From a virus (taxonomy: Duplodnaviria > Heunggongvirae > Uroviricota > Caudoviricetes): a stretch of DNA of 28,386 nt. The DNA is taken from positions 122,023 to 150,408 of the IMG/VR virus record IMGVR_UViG_3300031994_000017, one strand, 5' to 3'. The translations under genes and the position numbers were made by a program. Below the pieces are notes generated by a model that was not told the DNA's origin, searched no databases, and saw only the letters and a program-made list of their open reading frames with translations. How positions within the stretch are numbered: position 1 is the first letter of the stretch; every line of letters begins with the position of its first letter. Below are positions 16,945 to 23,798 of the stretch, one piece after another.

Positions 16945-17142
16945 TTAAATCAAGCCCCACCAATACAGATTCAGCGTAAGGTCAAAACCAACGCTAAGCA
17001 CAGAAATAATGATTATGCTGAGAACCTTTTCGATCAGAAGGCTTGTCTCATCATTCACGCAACAGACAATACCAAGAGCAACAACACCGAGGAAAATGAC
17101 GCTGGTGATGATAGTAAAAAGAATGTTCTCCATTTTTTCCAT
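16945..17142 (-). CDS. small two-helix membrane protein (65 aa)
   Basis: Start moved to MEKMENIL; two hydrophobic segments; own promoter. Confidence 0.7.
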   Translation of the reverse strand: MEKMENILFTIITSVIFLGVVALGIVCCVNDETSLLIEKVLSIIIISVLSVGFDLTLNLYWWGLI

Positions 17143-17231
17143 TTTTTTAATTCCTTCCCGGTTTGGTGGGTTTTCCTTCCCTCTTTCTGATGTTATTATA
17201 GCACATAGTTGCGGGAATGTCAAGAGTTTTT

Positions 17232-17402
17232 TTAAAGTTCCCAACCTTCTGGAAATTCATCATTATATTCTTCATGAACAGAAATCAGATAATACTCATC
17301 GGGGTTGAAGCGATTCAGAACCATAGCATCAGCATAAGAATAGCCATAAATCCGGTCAATTTCGCCAGTAGCCTTTTTCTGAATAACGTAAGAATAATAC
17401 AT
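17232..17402 (-). CDS. hypothetical protein (56 aa), paralog of 21727-21864
   Basis: Start MYYSYVI (AAAGGAG RBS); IYGYSYADA motif. Confidence 0.7.
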   Translation of the reverse strand: MYYSYVIQKKATGEIDRIYGYSYADAMVLNRFNPDEYYLISVHEEYNDEFPEGWEL

Positions 17403-17578
17403 AGTATTGTCTCCTTTCAATTTCGGGGGGTGTCTCCCTCTCTGTGATTATAGTATAGCACATAGTTGCGGGAAAGTCAAGTATTTTTTTGAAAAAATAT
17501 AAAATAATTTTTATACAAGTATACAGTATATTTATACAAAAACCGGGGTCTACGCTCGTTCCAATTTTCATTTCAAAA

Positions 17579-17663
17579 ATGAAAAATAAAATGAAACGAA
17601 AAGCAAAGCAAGGTGAAATGAAAATAAAAAGAAAATGAAATGAAAATGAAATGAAAATGAAAA
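17579..17663 (+). repeat. ATGAAA microsatellite-like run
   Basis: About eight ATGAAA copies, tandem at 17635-17663. Confidence 0.6.
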
Positions 17664-17673
17664 CCCTTGTGCT

Positions 17674-18108
17674 TTAAACAAGGGTTTTCAGTGTTCTTAA
17701 AAGTTCGCTTGCGGGAAAAGCTTTTCCTGTCCACGCGGTCAAGTGCCTTTGTTCATCATCAAAGAGAATATCATTTCCGCCATTAACATTGTTTTTTACG
17801 AACGCATAAGGGACGAACCGCATTTCATCAAAGTGAACGCTGGGTAAGTGTTCAGTCAACCATTCACGCTTTGCTTCAATAACAGCTTTGTCATATTCCG
17901 CATTGCTTCCTTTGGACAGTGCGCTCACGATACAGATTTTATATCCCTTGCGCTGTCTGTTATTCAAAAGCCTTGCCAAAGTCGCCATGAGGACCAGTGG
18001 CTTTGCGCTGCGGTAGGGCTCGGGATTGAAATTCCGCAGTTTAGGAAGCCAATCTTTTACAGAATACAAGTCCGCGATAGTTCCATCCATGTCCAGCCAA
18101 ATCTTCAT
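17674..18108 (-). CDS. HAD-superfamily phosphatase, paralog of 6266-6700
   Basis: LDMDGTIADLY, IVSA, ILFDD; AAAGGAGG RBS; own promoter. Confidence 0.85.
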   Translation of the reverse strand: MKIWLDMDGTIADLYSVKDWLPKLRNFNPEPYRSAKPLVLMATLARLLNNRQRKGYKICIVSALSKGSNAEYDKAVIEAKREWLTEHLPSVHFDEMRFVPYAFVKNNVNGGNDILFDDEQRHLTAWTGKAFPASELLRTLKTLV

Positions 18109-18233
18109 TTTTGTATCCTCCTTTTGTCTCTCTTTCTATTGGTATTATATCATACTTTTCAGTTGGTGTCAAGTGTTTTTTTCATTTTTTTTTACACTTG
18201 ACACCAATTTTTATTTACTTCTATTTCTTTTGT

Positions 18234-18548
18234 CTAGGGCTGGTTTTTAAGATAGCCCACGTTAGAAATTATCTTGTGGTAAAGTGCTCTGGGGATCTTA
18301 TTTCCTGTGCTCTTGTAGAGGGCTGTGATTTTATCAATAGAACCAATAAAGGCTGTGATAACTGTATTATCTTCTGTTGACTGAACAATTACTACGCCAG
18401 TAGTAGTTACTATTTCCATTCTTGAGGGAGCGTTAAGACTTGGAGCGCTCATGCACGGCTCACCCAGCCCAATAGTATCAATGATATATTCAAGTCTATC
18501 ATACCTGTCAATGCTAGCGTGGGTGCTCATGTTTCTTCTGATTTTCAT
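18234..18548 (-). CDS. hypothetical protein
   Basis: 104 aa, AAAGGA RBS, own promoter; ends at TAG. Confidence 0.75.
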   Translation of the reverse strand: MKIRRNMSTHASIDRYDRLEYIIDTIGLGEPCMSAPSLNAPSRMEIVTTTGVVIVQSTEDNTVITAFIGSIDKITALYKSTGNKIPRALYHKIISNVGYLKNQP

Positions 18549-18646
18549 AGTATCAATTCCTTTCTTTTTCTCTTGATTACATTGATATTATATCATACCT
18601 TTTGCCGCTTGTCAAGAGAGTTTTTTAAATTATTTTTATTTTTTTA

Positions 18647-18721
18647 TGGCGGGGCAAGTTGGATTTGAACCAACCCCTCTGAGTGGTACCACTTCTCAGC
18701 CACACACCAGTGCTCTGCCCC
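18647..18721 (-). ncRNA. tRNA-like RNA or pseudo-tRNA with 11-nt anticodon loop
   Basis: GGGGCAG/TTGCCCC acceptor stem, G73, encoded CCA, T-arm GTTGG-TTCAAAT-CCAAC, CTGAG/CTCAG stem enclosing AAGTGGTACCA, reduced D arm; own promoter 18757-18785. Confidence 0.7.
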
Positions 18722-18826
18722 ATGTGTTGTTGTTTATCTCTCTTGCTTACATTGACATTATAGCATACTTTTTATTACTTGTCAAGAGTTTTTTTTAATT
18801 ATTTTTAGGAAAAATGGAAGAAGGTT

Positions 18827-19033
18827 TTAGCCTTCTTCCATGATAAAAACTGTTGCGGCAAAAGTGCCTACACAAAGAGCAAACACAAGGAGCCCCAAAG
18901 TAAGGCTTTTCCCCGTGGCAAGACACACCAAGATACAAAGACCATAGGCAGCCCCAAAGAAGAAGCCAAATACCAATACGGCGACCAACGCAAAGAGAAT
19001 ATAAGGAAGTGCTGTGTAGAAAATCTTTTTCAT
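18827..19033 (-). CDS. small membrane protein (68 aa)
   Basis: Start moved to MKKIFY (AAAGGA RBS); two hydrophobic helices; own promoter; hairpin at stop. Confidence 0.75.
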   Translation of the reverse strand: MKKIFYTALPYILFALVAVLVFGFFFGAAYGLCILVCLATGKSLTLGLLVFALCVGTFAATVFIMEEG

Positions 19034-19230
19034 AGTTATTGATTCCTTTCTTTTTTCTATAATTATTATACCATAATTTTTCCAATTTGTCAAGAAAAAT
19101 TTTGAAAATTTTTCCAAAAGATTTCGGGAAAATGTGCCATAAGGCCGGCATAAGTGCGACCGATTGCCAATATAGCTAGAGCCTTATATATCGTGAGATC
19201 GGGTCGCCACGCCCCCTGGCGACCCGGCGG

Positions 19231-19446
19231 TCATTTTACGACCGCCTTGTAGCTTTCCCACTCGGTCAGGGTCAGGTGCCGGCTCAGGAGTAACTTTTTT
19301 AATTTATGTCTAGCATTATTCGTCTTTCTTTTGGTTGATTGGGTCATCTCTAGCTTAAACAGTTCATCAATCTCTGATTCACTAAAGCGCAACATAATTT
19401 GTTCAGCTTGGGCTTCTCTTAAAATTTCAGTGTTAAAGTTATACAT
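19231..19446 (-). CDS. hypothetical protein
   Basis: 71 aa, AAAGGA RBS, second gene of the 19705 unit. Confidence 0.7.
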   Translation of the reverse strand: MYNFNTEILREAQAEQIMLRFSESEIDELFKLEMTQSTKRKTNNARHKLKKLLLSRHLTLTEWESYKAVVK

Positions 19447-19492
19447 AATTCCTTTATCCTTTCTTTAATTGATTTATGTGATACTATGGGGA

Positions 19493-19705
19493 TTAAGCTT
19501 CCCCATAGTATCTTGCCATTTCTTCCATTTCTTCATCTGTAGGGAATTTAAATTCCATAATCGGAATATTTGTTTCTTGCGCTTTCCATTCCGTGATGAT
19601 TTCTTTCATTTCTTCCTCGGTGGGAAAATCGCTTTTCATATTTTCCCATTCTGCGACTTCTTCCATAGCATCGGCAACAACTTCCCAGTCATACATAGTA
19701 TACAT
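19493..19705 (-). CDS. acidic hypothetical protein with internal FPT(E/D)EEM repeat
   Basis: 70 aa; DFPTEEEMKEI and KFPTDEEMEEM. Confidence 0.75.
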   Translation of the reverse strand: MYTMYDWEVVADAMEEVAEWENMKSDFPTEEEMKEIITEWKAQETNIPIMEFKFPTDEEMEEMARYYGEA

Positions 19706-19835
19706 AACTTTAATTCCTTTCCGGTTTAATGGGTTTTCCTTCCCTGTTTCTGATTAGATTATAGCGTTTTTAGTGTCCAATTATTGGGACTTTTTAGAGC
19801 ATTTCATTTTTTAGGTTTTTGATTTTTTATTTGTA

Positions 19836-19927
19836 TATACTGTATTTTTATACAAATTTCGCCTGCGGCGGGCTTAGCGGAAGTTCGGAATTCACATTCA
19901 TTCACGAGAATTAAAAAGCAAGGGTTT
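19836..19927 (+). repeat. 92-bp exact direct repeat, copy 1
   Basis: TATACTGTATTTTTATACAAATTTCGCCTGCGGCGGGC...AAAAAGCAAGGGTTT, identical to 21617-21708. Confidence 0.9.
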
Positions 19928-19965
19928 ATTTGTCAAGTGTTTTTTGAAAAAAAGAAGAAGATTTT

Positions 19966-20187
19966 TTAATCTTCTTCTTTTTCCCAATATTCTTCAAGAG
20001 CTTTGTTAAATTCTTCTACTGTTAAAACAGTGTTTCTGCCATCTTCAAAACAAGTAGTCAAATAGAAGAATGGCCCTCTAAGACCGGCGGCACAGCTAAC
20101 AGCTTCTTCCACGGAAACATAATCATCACCATGACATTCACCAGTTTCAGCATTGTACAAAGCGTAAGTTCCAGTGTATTTTTTCAT
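19966..20187 (-). CDS. hypothetical protein
   Basis: 73 aa, AAAGGA RBS, palindrome-class promoter. Confidence 0.75.
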   Translation of the reverse strand: MKKYTGTYALYNAETGECHGDDYVSVEEAVSCAAGLRGPFFYLTTCFEDGRNTVLTVEEFNKALEEYWEKEED

Positions 20188-20300
20188 TTTTTAATTCCTT
20201 TCCGGTTTAATGGGTTTTCCTTCCCTGTTTCTGATTAGATTATAGCGTTTTTACTGTCCCATTATTGGGACTGAATTGTTTTTAGGTTCTTTCCGGTGGT

Positions 20301-20522
20301 CTATTCGACCACCGGAAAGCCCATGCTATAGGATTCAATCCGCAGGAGTTTGGCAATGCCGCCACTTTCTTCCCAGACTTCCCGAACAGCGGAAAGAAGT
20401 TCGCCGCCCTCGCGGTCAATAGCAACCGCCGCTTTGAAGAAATCAGATTCTGAGCCGTAGCCAGCTTTATAGAAGTTGCCGCGGGCAGTATAAGCAGTGA
20501 GAGAGTAGGTGTAAAGAGTCAT
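20301..20522 (-). CDS. hypothetical protein
   Basis: 73 aa, palindrome-class promoter; TAG stop in loop of a 12-bp TTTCCGGTGGTC/GACCACCGGAAA hairpin. Confidence 0.75.
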   Translation of the reverse strand: MTLYTYSLTAYTARGNFYKAGYGSESDFFKAAVAIDREGGELLSAVREVWEESGGIAKLLRIESYSMGFPVVE

Positions 20523-20771
20523 GATTTTAATTCCCTTCCGGTTTATTGGGTTTTCCTTCCCTGTTTCTGATTAAATTATAGCGCTTTTACTGTCCAATTT
20601 TTGGGACTGTTTAGGTTATTTGTGTTTCTAGGCTTTCGAATAAATATACAATTATACTGAATTTTTATACAAATTTCGCTCGGCACGATGCCTCGCGAGG
20701 TCGGCGGTTAGTGATCGCTAACAGGTGCTACAAAGAAAAAACAAAGCCCGCTCAAAAGGCGGGCTTTATTT

Positions 20772-20957
20772 TTAGAAATCCTCTACGATCTGACCATTGG
20801 CATTGACAAGATAGCACTCATTAAAATAGTCGCGCCCAATATACCGGATGCACTCGGAGGGGCTACCTTCGAAGTGCTTATAATTGGTTTCACGCTCATA
20901 CACCGTCCACTTTTCTTCCTTGACTTCCTGGCGGCGGCGATTAAAAAATTTTTTCAT
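20772..20957 (-). CDS. hypothetical protein
   Basis: 61 aa, GAGAGGA RBS, palindrome-class promoter, AAAGCCCGC/GCGGGCTTT terminator. Confidence 0.75.
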   Translation of the reverse strand: MKKFFNRRRQEVKEEKWTVYERETNYKHFEGSPSECIRYIGRDYFNECYLVNANGQIVEDF

Positions 20958-21091
20958 GATTTTGGTTCCTCTCTGGTTTATTGGGTTTTCCTTCCCTGTT
21001 TCTGATTAGATTATAACGCTTTTGTTGTCCCATTATTTGGACTGATTTTTTAGATTTTTAAATAAAGCCCATTTTCATGGGCTTTATCTGT

Positions 21092-21292
21092 TTAGCAATA
21101 TCCAAGAATTTTTTCGGGGACAAATTCAATTTGAGAAAAATCAATGTGCTGGCCGCATCCTTTACACTGTTTCGGTTGATACTTGGGGCCAGCGTTTAAC
21201 TGCTTTCCGCAGATCGGGCAATTAAACTGCTGGAATTCGGCTCTGACAAAACCGTATTTTTTGTATTCGACAAAGTTGATAATAGGAGTCAT
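21092..21292 (-). CDS. zinc-ribbon protein (CxxC...CxxC)
   Basis: 66 aa; FNCPICG...KQCKGCGQHID; GAGAGGT RBS; own promoter. Confidence 0.8.
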   Translation of the reverse strand: MTPIINFVEYKKYGFVRAEFQQFNCPICGKQLNAGPKYQPKQCKGCGQHIDFSQIEFVPEKILGYC

Positions 21293-21616
21293 TTTTGAAT
21301 ACCTCTCTTTTCAAATTTTTAGAGCTTCTAACTGCCCCTCACACTTATTATTATACTCATTTTTTCTTTAATTGCAAGCTTTATTTTTTTGAGTTTTTTT
21401 AGTAAAAAATTTAAAAAGTTAGATTTTTTGCCCTTTTTAAATTGCTTTGGTAGACTTTTGGTTGAGAAAAATTGTGATTTGTGCATTTTGTAGTTTGTTT
21501 AAAGAAAAAATAGTTAGTTTGTGTGCAGAATCCACAATGAATAATTACTTAATTTTACTCAATTGCGGGAGTTTAGTAAAATTGAGTAATTTCTGGAAAA
21601 TGTATAATTATTCATG

Positions 21617-21708
21617 TATACTGTATTTTTATACAAATTTCGCCTGCGGCGGGCTTAGCGGAAGTTCGGAATTCACATTCATTCACGAGAATTAAAAAGC
21701 AAGGGTTT
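21617..21708 (+). repeat. 92-bp exact direct repeat, copy 2
   Basis: Identical to 19836-19927; here it continues into a complete AAAAAGCAAGGG/CCCTTGCTTTTT terminator. Confidence 0.9.
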
Positions 21709-21726
21709 TATCCCTTGCTTTTTTAG

Positions 21727-21864
21727 TCAGTCAACATAAGTTTCCCTTTTAAGGCTCCATTCGTTCATGTTTAAGCCCGCTTTGCGAAAAGCATTTGTGT
21801 AGCTATAACCAAAGATTGTAAGAGTCTTTTTTGTGGTAGGGTTGTAGATATCGTATTCGTACAT
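21727..21864 (-). CDS. hypothetical protein (45 aa), paralog of 17232-17402
   Basis: Start moved to MYEYDIY (AAAGGAG RBS); IFGYSYTNA motif. Confidence 0.7.
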   Translation of the reverse strand: MYEYDIYNPTTKKTLTIFGYSYTNAFRKAGLNMNEWSLKRETYVD

Positions 21865-21905
21865 TTTTTTTGTTCTCCTTTTTATTTGTTTTATTTGCCT
21901 CTCTC

Positions 21906-22046
21906 TCACACATTGGTGAGAGAGAAGTCTTTGGTATTATACTTCTTACACATTCTAATAGCCATGATCTGAGCCTCTTTGATGGAATTGAGAACCCAAC
22001 TGCGGGTCTCCTTGCCAGTGTTAACGGTGAGTTTAGTCTTAGTCAT
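21906..22046 (-). CDS. hypothetical protein (46 aa)
   Basis: MTKTKLTVNTGKETRSWVLNSIKEAQIMAIRMCKKYNTKDFSLTNV*; leader identical over 48 bp to that of 21292; not in ORF track. Confidence 0.7.
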   Translation of the reverse strand: MTKTKLTVNTGKETRSWVLNSIKEAQIMAIRMCKKYNTKDFSLTNV

Positions 22047-22235
22047 TTTTGAATACCTCTCTTTTCAAATTTTTAGAGCTTCTAACTGTCCCTTTCACCT
22101 ATTATTATACTCATTTTTCTTTCAAAGTCAATACTAAATTACTTAATTTTTTAACTTAATTTCTTACTAAAATGTTTAGTTTATCTTTGTATGTTTATTC
22201 ATTATTTTGTATAATTATACATTCATACAAGTCAT

Positions 22236-22615
22236 CTTTTCAAGATACTTTTTCATGTATCTTTTTAGGATACAAATAAATATTCATGCGAAATGAATAT
22301 TTAAATAAATATACAATTATACCGCATAAATATACAGTCTGGGGCGCGACGGTTATACACGATTATTCACTAATGTAAAACATTATTTGTATACAGTTAT
22401 TCATTTTATACATTGTTTATTCTTGTGTCACCTTTTCAAGATACTTTAACAGCATCGCTGTGTGTATCTTACTGAGTCACTTGCCGCACTATTGTATCTT
22501 AGCAAGATACTTTTGCTGTATACTCCCCCTTGTATTTTACCACACGAATTACTATTTGTCAAGATCTTTTTTCAATTTTAACAAAAAATTTTTTCACCTT
22601 TTCAGGATACTTTGG
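22236..22615. repeat. AAGATAC/GTATCTT direct and inverted repeat cluster
   Basis: About eight copies including palindrome GTATCTT-AGC-AAGATAC near 22494-22510; includes a leftward TTGACA-17-TAAAAT promoter (22535-22563) with no ORF. Confidence 0.6.
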
Positions 22616-22957
22616 CTAATTTGTTTGTTTTATATTATTGTTTATTTATTCGTATATTCAGTATATTTATACATTTTGGGTCGCGACGATTGATGCGGTT
22701 CAGTCTCTCATGTGTTCCACATTATTCACCGTCCGCTGTCGTTCTCTCTCTGCTTTAGTGCTGTGTTGTATGGTTGAATGGTTGTATCTGTGTGTCTTTG
22801 TGCTTCTTGCTATTGTCTCTTTGTCTACTTGTCCTCTTTGGCTATTTAGCACAATGCTTATTTACTCACTGTCTGTCTTTACATCGCCCTTGCGCATAGC
22901 TCTTTAGCAACAGAGCGGGCTTGCTTCTCTTAACAAGCCCGCTCTGCCTTTTGTAGT

Positions 22958-23320
22958 TTACTTAATCGTCCAACTAGAGTATCTAGCTGATACAATTTTA
23001 TCATCAAAGATTGAATCTGTCCCGCAATCATCCATCATTGCGCTAACACAATCATTGATTTCCCAATCTTCTGTGCCATAGAACTCCCAGCGGTGCCCTG
23101 TGCTATCTTCCATGGTCACTGTATCATGCTCTTTGTCAATCTCTACAACTTTACAAGTTAACGCATAGAACTGTTCATCTGACTGTGTGGTGATAATTGC
23201 TTGGTCTGAGGTAAGTATCTTAGCAATGCTAAAAGTTAACGCAATTACACTAATTACTGTTAGCACAATACTAGCCCAAATGATTACTCTAATCTTCTTG
23301 TTTGGAAAGAACTCTTTCAT
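22958..23320 (-). CDS. membrane-anchored hypothetical protein
   Basis: 120 aa; single N-terminal hydrophobic helix, acidic beta-rich C-domain; GGAGG RBS; promoter TTGTAA-17-TATACT. Confidence 0.8.
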   Translation of the reverse strand: MKEFFPNKKIRVIIWASIVLTVISVIALTFSIAKILTSDQAIITTQSDEQFYALTCKVVEIDKEHDTVTMEDSTGHRWEFYGTEDWEINDCVSAMMDDCGTDSIFDDKIVSARYSSWTIK

Positions 23321-23596
23321 TTATTATGTCCTCCTTGTGTTTATCTTCTACTATAGTATAACACATTCTTGCGCGCTTTACAACTCCTTTTCCGCATTTT
23401 CGTCATTTTGCACAAAAGATTTTTTCATTGCGGCATTGCGGGATTTTTTCGTCATTTTGCACAATGAATTTTATGAATAAATATTCATTTATACTGAATA
23501 ATTATACAAAAACCGGGAGTTACAATCGTAGTATTTATTTGTTTCTGTTTTGTAATTTTTTAGCACTTTGCGGTTAAGAGTGCTAATGACCGCCTT

Positions 23597-23798
23597 GCTA
23601 ATCAATGACTTTACTCTTTTGGTAGATTTAGTAAAATTTAGTAAATCCTTAATCGATGATTTTACACTTTTGTCGATTTAGTAAAATTTAGTAAACGCTA
23701 ATCAATGACTTTACACTTTTGGTAGATTTAGTAAAATTTAGTAAATCGCTAAAACAGTGATTTAGGATTTTGGCAAAATTAAGTAAAATTTAGTAAAT
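23597..23798 (+). repeat. 4 x ~50-bp tandem repeat, each unit ending (T)TTAGTAAAATTTAGTAAA (right boundary)
   Basis: Units 23597-23646, 23647-23696, 23697-23746, 23747-23798; units 1 and 3 differ at one base. Confidence 0.85.

Larger units (their letters stand above)
19775..21042 (-). promoter_or_regulatory. four promoters with palindromic GTCC(C/A)A-AWAA-T(G/T)GGAC box in place of -35
   Basis: 16-bp boxes at 19775-19790, 20256-20271, 20592-20607, 21027-21042, each 11 nt upstream of TATAAT; shared leader (64 bp identical at 19709-19772 and 20190-20253). Confidence 0.8.
4530..23382 (-). other. early/host-takeover-like array of small monocistronic cassettes
   Basis: About 35 leftward TTGAC(A/T)/TTGATT-17-TATAAT/TATACT promoters with upstream A-tracts, strong RBSs and stop-proximal hairpins; all genes on the minus strand; none requires TAG readthrough. 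Confidence 0.8.

Noticed and set aside
18647-18721. tmRNA
   Set aside because: G3-C70 rather than G3-U70, only 75 nt, and no mRNA-like domain
5419-19226. Integron attC sites
   Set aside because: Stems are short, lack RYYYAAC/GTTRRRY ends and extrahelical bases, and no tyrosine recombinase is present in the window
22460-22907. Plus-strand ORFs 22460-22693 and 22638-22907
   Set aside because: Products of T-rich low-complexity DNA, no RBS, opposite to the regional orientation
23597-23798. CRISPR array
   Set aside because: Whole units are near-identical (units 1 and 3 differ by one base), with no unique spacers and no cas genes
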